From Octopus bimaculoides (taxonomy: Eukaryota): a DNA stretch of 64,000 bases. Of this stretch, positions 37,089 through 51,003 are shown piece by piece; positions within the stretch are counted from its first letter, which is position 1, and the number at the start of each line of letters is the position of its first letter. The notes under the pieces were generated by a model. It saw only the letters and a list, made by a program, of their open reading frames with translations, made no database searches and was not told the DNA's origin. The stretch covers positions 49,035,118-49,099,117 of the forward strand of contig NC_068984.1 of assembly GCF_001194135.2 (NCBI RefSeq), given 5' to 3'. Made by a program: the position numbers and the translations under genes.

Positions 37089-38119
37089 CCACATCAGATT
37101 CTACCCAGTAGGTGTCGTTTAAACTAGCCCGTAATCGTCAGAAAAAGTGACATAAATATAGCGTCATATAGTAGTTTTAAAATAAGCGTATTATTACACA
37201 TCATACTATTCCATAAATTTTTTTCTGATAATTTACGGGATTCTCTCGACACTATGTAAGCATCTCATCTGTAAAAAACCTGATATAAGATAAATATTCT
37301 GTTTTATTTATAATATTTATATATATGACAGGATGGTTGCATGCATGGATGTGCTTTTTTTTATTTAGGTATGTTTGCATGAACGTATGTATGCATATAT
37401 GTATGTAGGTAAGTTATGTGATTTCGACTTTGAGTACCTACTCAGCAACTTATTTAATTTAATAAGTGGATGAACATGCTATAACCACGTGTAAGAGTAA
37501 ATCAAACCTCAAGCAGAATCCGAGGGCCACAGTGTCTGGCAAGGCTGTATTATTTAATTACAAGTGCAATGCATCCAGCAGGCTTCTCTACAGCTTTTGT
37601 CAACTTAAATGTACTCCCACGATATATAGAGCGACCTAAGGTTACAACAAACGTGATATTTCATGAAGTTGGATAGAACATGCATGTACTTGGTTGCAAA
37701 GTGGATTGGTAACCATAGAGTCATATATGTGCCTGTGTATGTGTGTGCATTTGTATATATGAACATTAATTAATATATGTACATATATATATATATATAT
37801 ATATATANNNNNNNNNNNNNNNNNNNNNNNNNNNNNNNNNNNNNNNNNNNNNNNNNNNNNNNNNNNNNNNNNNNNNNNNNNNNNNNNNNNNNNNNNNNNN
37901 NNNNNNNNNNNNNNNNNNNNNNNNNNNNNNNNNNNNNNNNNNNNNNNNNNNNNNNNNNNNNNNNNNNNNNNNNNNNNNNNNNNNNNNNNNNNNNNNNNNN
38001 NNNNNNNNNNNNNNNNNNNNNNNNNNNNNNNNNNNNNNNNNNNNNNNNNNNNNNNNNNNNNNNNNNNNNNNNNNNNNNNNNNNNNNNNNNNNNNNNNNNN
38101 NNNNNNNNNNNNNNNNNNN

Positions 38120-38166
<47 letters not shown>

Positions 38167-38625
38167 ATATCAAGAAGGGAAGAAAGAAAGAAAGAAAGAA
38201 AGAAAGCGAAAATGCTAATAAAAAGAAAATGCGTTATTTCTTTTACATTGCAGTTAATCAATTCCATTGTATATTATTACAGTCAAAACATTTCAAATAC
38301 AATAATATGCATTGAAAAGTAGATTATAGCAATTGAATTATTTCATAGTACAATATTACATGTTCACAACTATCATATCATATACAAAATGTATTACTCT
38401 AATCAAAAGCTATCAAGACTAAATATGTCATATTACATCTTACGTCCAAATTATTTCAAAATACATTATTAAACCCCTCAAATTACATAATTACAAAAAT
38501 ATATAATTAAATACTTCAAAGTACATAATTACAAACCGGTCTCACTATTTACGGAGGAGTCAATTTGCAATGTACATATGTGTATATGATTATATATGTA
38601 CATGTATGACTATAACACGCACACA

Positions 38626-38736
<111 letters not shown>

Positions 38737-38739
38737 GCG

Positions 38740-38793
<54 letters not shown>

Positions 38794-39898
38794 TAGATGC
38801 ATTCGACAAGCGACAATTAGACCGCAAAGGTTTCAACTGAAATGCTAATCCTGCTAAACTCTCACCTTCGCCTTTACATACAGCTTGTTCGTTCGTATCC
38901 GAGTGTGGGTTATTACTTAAGTACATGGGCATTTCTTGGTACTCCGTTATTCCAATAGTTACATATATGTTTAGTATTCAGTTACACATTATGCAACTAG
39001 TAGATTCAGCTTATAGGGCAAGCATGGGGCAAACACGTCGTCAGAAATTGAAAAATACAAGTTACAGATAAGCAACAACGAAACTGAAAAATGTTGGAAG
39101 CACGTGTCTGATGGGGAAAGTGGATGGAGGAGGTTGGTAGGTATGTGAAGTGACATATTCGCAGGAGGGATTGGTGTTTGTAGAGCTGGAGTTAGTTGCG
39201 GGGTAAAAATGAGAACTTCAGTCGCTTGTACTTGTCCATATGAGGTGTGTGGGGGGGGGGGGTAGAGAGTGGGAACATACTAGGCAGCAAGATAAAGAGA
39301 TACGATAAAACCTTTTGGGAGCCAACGGCTCAGTCATTGTCACACCTGACACGTATGCCAGTTCACTCGACCTCTGCCTGCGCATGCATATAAACATACC
39401 AAGCACACTCACACACACGTACATACACGTGTATATATGTGTGTAAACACACATACATACCCATGCATATTCTCATAAGTTATACGTATAGGGTCAAACT
39501 CGTATACAAACGTACGTGTGCATACAAACGCAAACATGGACGTACAAACACACTAATGTATATACATTAACACACAAACACACACACACACACAAACACA
39601 TACACACACACATATATATTTAGTTCAGCAGGAAGTGAATCAAGGATGCAGATTAATAATTTAAGAAGTAACCGACTAATAGACAAATATACCAATTCAC
39701 TTATCCGTTGGCTTTATAGTTTAATTATCGGCTATTTAATACCCTCTCTTATCGGTTTGGGAAAACGTTCGCATACGGCTTTCTTGAGGAGTGATTATTA
39801 AATTCTGAAACGGTCCGTCAGTCAACTCCCACACCCCTTTTTCCAGCCCATTGAAAACTTAGAAGGAATGTGCTTACATTATTATATAACTTATGAAG

Positions 39899-40328
39899 AC
39901 GGCGAGTTGGCAGAATTGCTAGAACGCTGGGCGAATTGCTTAGCGGTATTTCGTCCGTCTTTACGTTCTGAGTTCAAATTCCTCTGAGGTCCACTTTGTC
40001 TTTCATCCTTTCTGGGTCGATAAATTAAGTACCATTGAAACCCTGGGGTCGATGTAATCGACTAGTCACGTCCTTCAAATTTCAAGCACTGTACATTTGG
40101 TAGAAAGGATCATTATATAACTTATGAAGGTTAGGAGCTGGCATAACCGTAAGCACATGGAACAAAATGCATTTCGTATGTTTTTGTTTTGATTTCAAAT
40201 TCCGTCGAGGTCAACTTAGCCGTTCATACTCCCGGTATCGATGAAATAAGTACCAGTCAAGGGGGTGCAATTAACTATCCCTCTCCCTGAAAATTTCCGG
40301 TCTTGTGACCATAGTAGAAAGGAATATT
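39899..40328 (+). mobile_element. Tandem pair of SINE family A; the first copy is flanked by an 18 bp TSD
   Basis: ATTATATAACTTATGAAG occurs at 39881-39898 and 40112-40129. Both copies carry the A/B boxes and the CTTTCAT...GATAAA.TAAGTACC core. Confidence 0.85.
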
Positions 40329-40505
40329 CTAGAATTCAAATTAATTTCAGTACTCTGGATTCACGCTGTGATGTTCATACATAATAAAGATATTATAGAA
40401 AATTTTATTTACTCAATAAGATGGTGTCGAAAGGAAAAATAATTGAGCTATTCTTCACGATGATAACTGAACTACTAATGTCTCACACTTTCTCCTCTTC
40501 TCTCG

Positions 40506-40597
<92 letters not shown>

Positions 40598-40672
40598 AAA
40601 TATATATAATATCATATATTACGCCTTTATATATTTATATATTTAATCCTTTATATTGAACACTCAATATTT

Positions 40673-40737
40673 CATATATTCAATAAGACATATTCCATAT
40701 ATTCAATAAGACATATTCCATATATTCAATAAGACAT
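40673..40737 (+). repeat. 23 bp minisatellite, about 2.7 units
   Basis: CAATAAGAC recurs at 40681, 40704 and 40727. Confidence 0.9.
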
Positions 40738-40937
40738 TCAATATTTCATTTCATTGTACCATCCATCTTTTTTTATATTATATATTATATATTCCATATT
40801 CTATATCCCACATAAATGTTACAAGAATATAAATAACAAACATAAAAAACAGACAGAGTTGGAACTCTTTCAAATAAAATAATATATTCCTCTATACACG
40901 ATCATACAAAACCCTTTTTTTGTATTTATTTTTACTC

Positions 40938-40969
<32 letters not shown>

Positions 40970-41128
40970 GTATGTATATGCTGTACATCAATACTGGGAA
41001 TGAGATGCAAGCTTTCTCATGATTTCGATCATTAAAAATCTCTAAACCTCTTTCTTTTCGAGAACTGAAATCATGGAGAATGTTTATTACACATTTAAAT
41101 GTTTTCTATTACTTAAAAATTTACTCTC

Positions 41129-41418
41129 TGAGGCACAATTCCGGGCAAGGTTGTTCATGAAAGACCAGCAATCGCCCATGCATACCAGCCACCACTCTTC
41201 ACACCAATGATTTTATCCAAGAGAAAGGAAAAGCCGATACAGTTTGGCACTATTTACGTCACAACTTATTTCTGCAGCTGAGTGAACTGGAGCAGCATGA
41301 AATAAAGTGTCTTGCTCAAGAACACAACATAGCACAACTGACGGACCGGTCCGGGAATCGAACTCACCAACTCATGATTGTGAGCCCGGCCCGCTAACCA
41401 CTAAGCCATGTGACTTCA
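41129..41418 (-). mobile_element. Second copy of SINE family C, 3'-truncated
   Basis: Colinear with 19240-19519 (CCGGGCAAGGTTGTT.ATG.AAGACCAG, CAGCTGAGTGAACTGGAGCA, AATAAAGTGTCTT, TCGAACTCAC). Confidence 0.85.
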
Positions 41419-44399
41419 CCTTCTATTACTTAAATCTATTTTTATGTATATGNNNNNNNNNNNNNNNNNNNNNNNNNNNNNNNNNTTTTTTTTTTTTTTA
41501 TAACCTTGTAACTCTTATCCTGTAATGAAACACGTGTGACGAGGAATAAAAATATCAAAAATTTCCAGTTTTCATTCTAATATATGCTTACTCTGTAAAA
41601 TTTGATCCACTAGAACTTTGAAGTGGGATGTATACTGCATTTAAATAAAAGATGTATATACATGCATTTGATTACTGGAACGTGCACATGTGCATCACGA
41701 GTGTACATGTTTGTGTGTGCGCTTTATACAGACATATCCAGTTATGAATGTGTGTATGTATGTATGTATGTATGTATATATATATATAGAGAGAGAGAGG
41801 GGGAGGGAGAGAGAGAGGGAGGCAGAGAGAAAGAGAGGGAGAGAGAAAGGGAGGGAGAGAGGAAGGGAGGGGAGAGAAAGATCGTATGTATTTATTAGTT
41901 ATTTAGTTATTTTGAAATAATGTAATGATGCAAATACACTGAAAGTTGTCACTCAGGAAAATAGCATCTTCAATCCTGCCAAAATTGTGTAGTAATAACA
42001 AAGCATTGGGAAATAACAGATAAGTATGTATTTATGAGGATATATTTATTTGTGAAGTGTGAGAGTTTTTTCATCATGAAAGTTATAGTTCTAAGTAAAT
42101 TAAAAATTATTGAATTTATCTTTCGTAATTGATGTGCCTTTATATGCTGTAGAGACTCAGATTTTGCTGAGATAACAATAATTGCTGTGCCAGTTAATAT
42201 AGATACGTGTTCTTCTGAACTGGTAGAAGATTGAGCAGGTCATTTATGAAACTGTTTTAGGAAAGGGAATATCAAGGATAATGAATACATGTTTTGAAAA
42301 ATCATATGAAATTATAAAATATAGCTTCCTACGAAATATGAATTTTAACTAATTTCTATAACAAAATCTGAACGCAAAATGAAAGCTAATTTGTGGAGTG
42401 GGTTCTATCTGTGTGTTTTTTATCATCTGGTCTCCTGTGAATACAATCATTAACGCTTTTATAATTTTCCTGGTATTCAACCTCACTCATACCTTGCATT
42501 ATGTGGAAGTCTATACCTACGGACACTATTCCATTCATGAACAGATCAAGTAAGATGTATATGCCCATGAAAATCTTTCAGTGGCATAATAATATTTAAA
42601 TCATATTTACATGATGAAATTGTGAACGAAATTGTGGAAAGTAGCAAAGGCGAAATTTTGCTTATTCTAAACAGTGTAGTTTTATAACGAACTTTTTTGG
42701 ACAAGAATAAAAATTCGGGAAAAGCATGGTTTGCTAATATAAGTATCTAACTATCAGAATATTTTATAGGTTTTAAATTATCTTGTAACGTTTCTATCAA
42801 CAAGAAGAGATGCTTTCTGTACATCTGTTTATAAGATTTTTTTTTGTTTTTGTTTTGTTTTTGTTTTTGTAAAGAGAATCTTGTTATGTATTATTTTTTT
42901 TTCTTCTGTGATACATCCTTGCTTTAGATATTATAATCCGCTTAAAAGTATATCATTGAATTTATATCAGCTCCCTATTCAATGGAAATAGAAGGATGTC
43001 TTCTACATTTGTTTCGGCAGATATTCATGTGTTGGTTATAATAATGTTTGAATTAATGTTTTGAAGTGAGTCCAAGACAGATATATGTATCTGCGTGTGT
43101 GCTTTATGTGTGTATTTGTATGTTTCAGTAGTGTGTTAGTTTTTACTGTGCATTGGCAAATTATGTCCTATGATAGACAAATGATACTATTTAGACAGAT
43201 GCAGTTGCTACTCGTTGGATTGTTATATAATTTATGCTTAAGAAAATTAGAAAAATACGATAATATTAGTAACATGTAGTATAGCTACATATAAAAAATA
43301 TGATAGGAATTTGCATTCATTGGTATTTATGGAGATGCAATAAATATTTTCTGATTAATTTAAATAAATTATTTGCTGTTGGCCTTTTGACGTGAATTTT
43401 TAGGGCGTTTATAGCAATTATTGTTTTCCCATAGTGTTGTTTCTAGATTCGATGTTTTTATATATAATTTTTTTTTTTTCTTTATTTAATGTACTTTTTG
43501 CGAGAAATTATTCATTGCAATAGCTCAGAGATTAGAAAGTATTAGAGAAGTGGCATGGAATAGTTCTCAGTTAGTTCTATGTTCTGAGAATATAAGTGGG
43601 TGTTTCGTTCGATTTTATCTAATAACTTACCAACTGCAATATTATTGACAATAATTATTGTGATCTTACATTTCTTTTTAAAAAATGGAAGACTTCCTTC
43701 TATCCATCTGTTAGTAGTTATCGTTGGCTGTTTATTAGAAGACCATTACCCCATCAATGAGAACTTCTTTAAATCGAGTAATATGTATAATCGTATTAAA
43801 TCATTGATCTTGGAAAAATAGGGTGAACCTATAGTAATGTCAAAAGACATCGGTGAGCTTTAATCCATAGGGAGTTGGGAAGCTGCAAAAATCGCTTGAT
43901 GTGCAAATGTCATAATTCTGATTTCTATGTTATTTAGCAAAGTTTGAGTCAATGGCAGACAATATTCTTGTATATTGAATTATAAAAACTCACAGTATCG
44001 TTTATAGGATATGAATTTAAATCATTCTATTATTATGTGTTGGCTATTCCGTTGCGCTAGTGATGATTCGTGTCTTTGTTGCGAAATTATTCTACATTTT
44101 TATTAATTTTGCTGGTGCTCAATTTGCTGGATTTAATTATTTGGAAGAAATGTTTATATTTGAACTTTCGTTTATGAATTACCTCCGGGCTGCAGTCCAT
44201 TTTATTTCGATCTATCTTTTAATACTGTTTGTAATATATCATAAATCCTAAGTACTTCTTTATTTAAAGAGCACGATGATGTTGTATTATCAACGATTTC
44301 AATCTATAACGCATTTCTAATAGGTATAAAGGAGATAAAGTTTATAATTCAACATTTACAAAAAGTACCCTATTGTTATACTTAAAAATAACTAATATT

Positions 44400-45320
44400 G
44401 TTATATTTGGGGATGGACACTTACTTTTTTTTTTACCAATAAAAGCACGCACTATTTATCTGATCTTCACTTTAGCTGTATTATTAGAGTTCTTTCGTCG
44501 CACATTTTGCAAGCCTTTCCGTGACATTATGCTCTTTTGTGTCTCTTTCTCCCCTCTGGCCTTGTCTTGTCTATTACATTTTGTCTTTTGTACCAGTGAG
44601 TGTGTCTGTATGTTAGGTATTTGTATGTGACATGTGTGCATATATGGGTTTCTATATTACAGTTTATACCTGTGCCGTTATTATTTATTCCGTCCTTAGC
44701 CGTAGGGTTATGAGGTGTTGTGGATGGGTATTATTACTCCGTTTTCTGTTGAGGTTTGGTCTATTTTCTATTGTGTGTGGCCACTGTAGTCCGTCTGATT
44801 GTTCTGTCTGTCCTATGTCCCGAAAAGTTCCTAATATCTATGCTTTCTATCGAAACACCATGCTCAAGTTTAGCAAGCTGGAATAACATTGTGGACCTTT
44901 TATCCGCTTTGAGTTCCCACCAGTGTTCATTTAGTCTCTCACCTCTGCTACGGACTGTCTCTGTATTATGCGTCGTTGTCCTATAATGCACCGTCCCTCA
45001 GTTAACCTTATACTATAGACAACATTCCTGATTTTGCTGTCTATCTGTGGGCTTACTCTATACACTATCAGTATAGGATGTTTTCTCAAATGGGTATATT
45101 CTACAGATCAGAGATTTTATGGGAGTACATGGCCTTTCCAATACGTTAATCCGTAACTTCGTTTTACTTTTGACTTTTCTAAAATAATATTCTAATTCGC
45201 CTCCATGCGTAGCATCGACGAAAATGACACTCTGGTATGTTGGGTTGTCATACCATGTGTTGCCCTTACCTATATTCTAACTTCTTTCTTTGTTGTTCCA
45301 TGATTTTGAATTTAGCCGTG
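44400..45320 (-). mobile_element. Penelope-like element 3' relic (pre-GIY-YIG linker and GIY-YIG)
   Basis: SVIFVDATHGGEL...LRINVLERPCTPIKSLICRIYPF (45193-45231 and downstream) and ETVRSRGERLNEHW...MLFQLAKLEHG (44923-44961). These match the YxGET.R...R..EH..H pattern of PLE endonucleases. Confidence 0.6.
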
Positions 45321-46059
45321 ACTCTTTTCTATACGCTGGTCCTCTCTCTCTTTGGTTGTATCCCAGGAACGGTATGTGGTGGATGAAATACTGTACGTGT
45401 CTCTCTCAATAATACTAAATAATCTATCATACCTCACAAAGAAGTATTTCCTTAATTGGTGACATGACGGCTACTTCATATTTTTTATTACGAGATAAAT
45501 TTGACGAGTCAATATGCAAGAATAATTGACAATGTTATTTTAATACTTGACGACATCAATTACATGAAGAAAATGAGTACATGTATATGCAGCACACAGT
45601 TTTTAAAATAATTTCCCAATTCTGCTAGGCTACATGTATTCCTTTTGATATAGTTTGGCTTCAGTTATTCTTAGAATAAGCAAACACAAAATTAAACTCC
45701 GCCAACCAGAAGTATATGAAATTATGTAGAAGCAATGAATTGATATTTTTACAAAAACTATGTCAATTATTTTAATTAGGATTTATCTACAAATAACGAA
45801 AGACAGAAAATTGTAGTTTGAAGAATGCGGTGGTGAGCATAATTTTGGCTAACGAAACATCAGTTTAGAGTGGATGTAAGTTCATTAACTCCCAACCAGT
45901 ATATTCTACAGTCTTTTAGAAAGAATTATTCCAAATAAATAAAAGTATAAACTTTAGTAAAACCAATATAAACTCGCTGAGGAACTTTAGCTCTAAATTG
46001 TGCGACATCAGACATTCGATCTCATCATGGAACAAAATGGGACAGCACTAAATTAGTTC

Positions 46060-46091
<32 letters not shown>

Positions 46092-46421
46092 TAAGAAAAC
46101 AAAAAATGGAACAAGAACGTAACAGGCGATAACAAAACATCCGGACAGTTAGACGATACGTAAAAGGACGGAAAAAAAACAATGATGGGTTATTCGGAGC
46201 TTTCTATCTTCAGTCGAGATCCAGATTATCTCAGTAGTTTCGGTCGGTTACACTCGAGACTGCTCTAATTTAACCGGCCTCAAGAAAATCTAAGCTAAGA
46301 GCACTAGATTCCTTGCATGTGTATGTGTGTGGGTGTGTATATATTTGCTAAAGAGGATAACAAACGCTAAGGCAAGACAAACATCTCAAGTCATATACGT
46401 TATTATTATCTAAAAAATTAA

Positions 46422-46862
46422 AGATGGCGTGTTGGCATAGACGTTAGCACGCCGGGCGAAACGCTTAGCATTATTTCGTCTGTCTTACGTTCTGAGGTCA
46501 AATTTCGCCGTGGTCGATAAGTAAAGTACCAGTTGCGTATTGAGATCGATCTAATCGACTGGCGCCCTCCCCAGAAATTTTGGACCTTGTGCCTGGAGTA
46601 GAAAAGAATATTCTCCTTTATTAAAGGCGGTGAGCAGGCAAAATCGTTAGCACGCAGGGCGAAATGCTTAGCGGTATTTCGTCTGTCTTTACGTCCTAAG
46701 TTCAAATTCCACCGAGGTCGATTTTTGCTTTTCATCCTTTCGGGGTTGATGAATTAACTACCAGTTGCGTACTGAGTTCGATCTAATCGGCTGACCCCCC
46801 CCCACACACACACACACACCTCCACCAAAATTTCGGGCCTTGTGCCTAGGGTGGGAAATATT
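46422..46862 (+). mobile_element. Tandem pair of SINE family A
   Basis: Copies at 46422-46612 and 46623-46862, both ending GGCCTTGTGCCT.GAGT.GAAA. Confidence 0.9.
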
Positions 46863-46864
46863 AT

Positions 46865-48290
46865 TTAAAGTTTTACATCTGTTTCTGAGAGATCTGAAAA
46901 CATTGGATATCCCGTCACCGGAGACAAATAGGGAAAATGTGAACGGTATAGATTAAGGAAACGATGAAATAAAGGACTGAAGAAATTTTTAAAGACGAAG
47001 AAAAGGAAATATAGAGGTTCACAGTTCAAATTTCCGATAGTGTAGATGCTAGTCCATAAGTCTTTAGGTACAATTCTATGTAAATCCAGGTATGATTAGA
47101 TCCTTCATAGTGTAAATATGCAGAGAGAAACGTGACCATATCTATGGTTCGTAAGAGAATGATAAGAGAAGTGGCTATTGAGGGATAAAGAGAAAGAAAA
47201 ATAAATTGAAAGAGAGAGGTATTGGTAGGGAAGCGGGAGGTACACAGAGAGGAGGAAGAGTGCAATTGACAGAGCACTGGCAAGGATTGGTAGGAAGAAT
47301 GAAATAAGGAATATAAAAATATAATGTACAAAAATAAACAAGAAGATAAATAAAGAAGTATACAAGGGTAAATAAGAAGAGAGAAGGAAGGTAAAGGGAG
47401 ATAACGTAAAAATACAAAATAAAGTCAAATAAAGTGAATGGGATTCAAAGAGAAGTGGATATAAAGAAGATAGTAGATGCCAGTTTTTAGGGTTGGGGCA
47501 GGAAGTCAAGTAGTAAGTGCTTGTGTCCATTTTATGACTGAGGTTAGTGGCTATAGAAATATTTCTAGATATGGGGGTATGAGTGTCCAAAGGGTGAGTG
47601 TGTAAAGGCGTGAATGGGAAAAAGAGTTGAATGTTAAATTATTTAGGAATAAAGGCTGCAGCTAAAGATTAGGGGATCTGTGAGGTTAAGATTTTAAAAT
47701 AAATTAAAGAATTAACACTTATAGTCTAAGGTATTAAGATTGATAGAACAAATATACAAGGATATGTAATAACGGCCATGAAGGTATTGTATGTAAGTGT
47801 TATGTGTGGGGCGGTAAGTTTTCACTTGGATTTATGGAATAATTTTAAACTGCGGGATGCCAGAATCTATTATAGTCTTGAATAAACTATATGGTATTTT
47901 TCTATTAATTATATGATGTATGTAACTGGCTAGTGATGTGGAATTGCTATGCTCTTTATATTTAAATGAGTTTAAACGTGCAGAATATATTTGTTTAAAA
48001 TTAGTGGTTAATCCAGTATAGTAGCTGTTGAAGTTATTTAATATGTTGTGGACGGTGCATTGGTATACCATGATGAATCTTCTGCATTGGGCTTGCAGCG
48101 GGCAGTCGGTCCCAGATCTGCAGTTGCAGCTATGTGTTCTAAGATAATTAGTTGGAGAGTGGGATGAAGTAGCGTTGTTTGCAGACGAGTTAAAGGCTAG
48201 AGTTGTATTAAGTGACTGATTCATGTTAGTGTTTTATCATTGCTATAACTGGTATTACTATTATCACCGCCACCATTAACATTGTTATTA
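46865..48290 (-). mobile_element. Penelope-like element 3' half: GIY-YIG, 3' pseudo-LTR and degenerate hammerhead
   Basis: ORF 47832-48224 reads CNCRSGTDCPLQAQC...VYQC...YYTGLT..FK..Y...SF....NSTSLASYI. Block 47084-47321 is repeated at 51566-51804. A hammerhead remnant lies at 46870-46925. Confidence 0.8.
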
Positions 48291-48324
48291 TTATTATTAC
48301 CGTTGTTACTGTTATCATCATCGC

Positions 48325-48374
<50 letters not shown>

Positions 48375-51003
48375 GGGGCATATGGGGCATTTGTTAGTGA
48401 TTGCACTTCTGTTCACCATCTGTCGCATGCCAGGAGTATGGATGATGATCACTAGTTCACAACAAAAACTCAAGTCTCACTCATGACTCCGAGTAGCCGG
48501 TTGTGCATGCCGACGGTCATGCCCCGAGACCTCCACTCGACAGTAGTGCTAAACTAATTGAGGTGTAACGGCAGTTAGACTGCTGTTGTAGCTGAATGGA
48601 TACCTTCCCCTAAGTGCATGAAGTCTGAGAGGGCGGATGACTTATAGAGTCAGATGGACAACGGCCTTGAAGGCGGAACCAGTAATGTGTGTGATACGCA
48701 TAGGGCACATTCAGGTACTCAAGGAGTACGTGGCCAATCACCATGAATATACCCAGTATTTAACCAATTATGGATAAAGTCAATAAAAACAACCCATACC
48801 GCGTCGCTCGTCTCACGGGTCAACAAAGAACGCACCCCCTAGTGAGGAGTCAGACTGGGAGCGAAAATTTGGTTACTGGTTCGAACTCTACCCACTCCCG
48901 GGCGACTGTGGGCAACTTAACCGAGGAAAACCTCAGCCTGAGCTCCACCGATACAAGCCATACTACACGCAAAACCCTAGAAGTAAATGGAATCGGGAAG
49001 GGTATAAACCAGTAATGGAAAATTACTACACGGCAGCAGTCACACCATCAGAAGATAACACAACAAAAAGGACAATAAGGTTAAATATGGATCCCAACAA
49101 GTTAGGGAATGTCCGAAGAGATATCATTAAAAACAGGAGGCTCACAGACACTGAGCTGGAAGAAATTAAAGAAAAAGTCAACAGATCTCACCGTATTACA
49201 CCAAAAACAAATGAAATGGAAATAGGGACTACAGAAAACCAAGAAGAGGATTATTTGAGGAGCGCTCAGTGGGTAATGAGATCGAAGAACCTGTAAAACG
49301 ACAAGCAACACAAAACAGCGACATGGATAGGGAGAAATATTTGGAACTAAAAGAAGAAATACAAAGAAAATAGGAACAGCTAAAAGCACAAGACACCACA
49401 GACAGAGAGCCCCTACCAAAAGTCAGTATGGATAAGAACCTGTAGGAGTTGATTAAAATTGGCAATAATGTAATAGATGATATAAAATAAACAATAGAAC
49501 CACTAAATACAACATCGCTAAACCAACTACCCTATGCTACAGTTGCAGCTATGACTGATGCAAAAGGCATAACACTAAAAAAGAAAACTGTTCAACGGAA
49601 GAAAAGACAACCAAAATGGAAAGAAAACTTAGAAAAGGATATACAATGCATGAGAGGCGACCTGTCAATACTGACCGAAATAAGTAACGGAAACCAGGTA
49701 AACCAAAGAAAAGCCAAGAAAATACGCAAAAAGCATGGGATCAAATAGAAAAAAATGAAATACCTGAAACAAAAGAAAACCTAAAGCAAAAAATCCAGGC
49801 AAAGGCACAGCAACTGTCGCGATATATAAAGAAAAGGAAACAATTTAGACAAAACAAATTATTTAAAGAAGATGGAAAGAAATTTTACAGGGAACTCGGT
49901 AAAGAACAAATAAATGTTGAGCAACCGCCAAAGAAAGAGGATATGGAAAATTTCTGGAGTACGATATGGGAAAATGAAAAACAACATAATGAAGATGCAG
50001 AATGGATTAAGGAACAAGAAACAATCCTGAAAAGTAAAGAAGTACAGGAATGGGAAGATATTCAAAATGAGGAGATCACCCTGACCCTCAAAAAGGTGAG
50101 CAATTGGGAGTCACTGGGAATAGATCGAGTGCCAAACTTCTGGATCAAGCAGCCAGTTGATATATATGGAGATATGTCATCAGAATACTACGAAATCATG
50201 AAAAGCCCAGAAAATAGCCCAGACTGGTTGACACAGGGAGTGACATACCTAATACCAAAAACAAATGACACAGAAAACCCAAAGAACTGTAGACCAATCA
50301 CCTGTCAACCAATAATGTATAAAATATTAACATCTGTAATCACTGAAAGAACATACACATTCCTAGAAGAAAACAACCTACTACAACCAGAACAAAAAGG
50401 TTGTCGAAAAGGGAGCTACGGATGCAAGCATCAAATGCTGATAAACAAAATGAACCTTGAAGACTGCAAAACTAGGAAAACGAACCTCAGCACATCATGG
50501 ACTGACTACAAAAAGGCGTTCGATAGTCTACCTCACTCATGGATTCTGAAAGTATCCCTAACTCTCATCAAGTTTATGAAACACATGGGAGACTACGTTG
50601 ACGCTAAACCATTCCAGTAGATCAATAACAAGCAGACCAATCAAAATCAAAAATGGTATCTTCCAAGGGGACTGGCTGTCACTCTTAATATTCTGCTTAG
50701 CTCTGAAACCATTAAGTACCATGCTCAACAAGACCAGGTATCGAAATGAGATCGAGAAGAAAAAAGCGAGTCATCTTTTCTACATGGATGATCTGAAAAT
50801 GTACTAAAAGAATGACGAAAAACAAGGTCTACAGGCTACGGTTAAGAAGTTCAGTGATGATATCAGGATGCAGTTTGGACTGGAGAAATGCGCGAAAGCC
50901 ACTTTCATAAGAGGCAAACTGGCATGTTCTGCGGATATCCACGTAGATACAGAAGCAAGAAACCGAGCACTGGACCAAGAAGAAGCATATAAATACCTTG
51001 GCC
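48375..51003 (+). mobile_element. R4/Dong-clade LINE, 5'-complete but 3'-truncated (5' UTR, N-terminal region, RT)
   Basis: Starts directly after (TAA)n. Motifs: KLGNVRRDIIKNRRL, LKQKIQAKAQ..RY, NWESLGID..PNFWIK, NCRPITC, EQKGCRKGSYGCK, DYKKAFDSLPHSW, GIFQGD.LS.L.FCLAL, HLFYMDDLKMY (50781-92), YKYLG (ends 51003). Stops and frameshifts present. Confidence 0.9.

Noticed and set aside
658-38322. Long ORFs in the track containing X runs (e.g. 658-1794, 4212-5105, 28842-29990)
   Set aside because: They are open only because N gaps contain no stop codons.
46180-46260. CTGAAGA...CCGAATA on the minus strand as a hammerhead
   Set aside because: GAAA and stem III are missing. It may be PLE-derived, but I cannot support a ribozyme.
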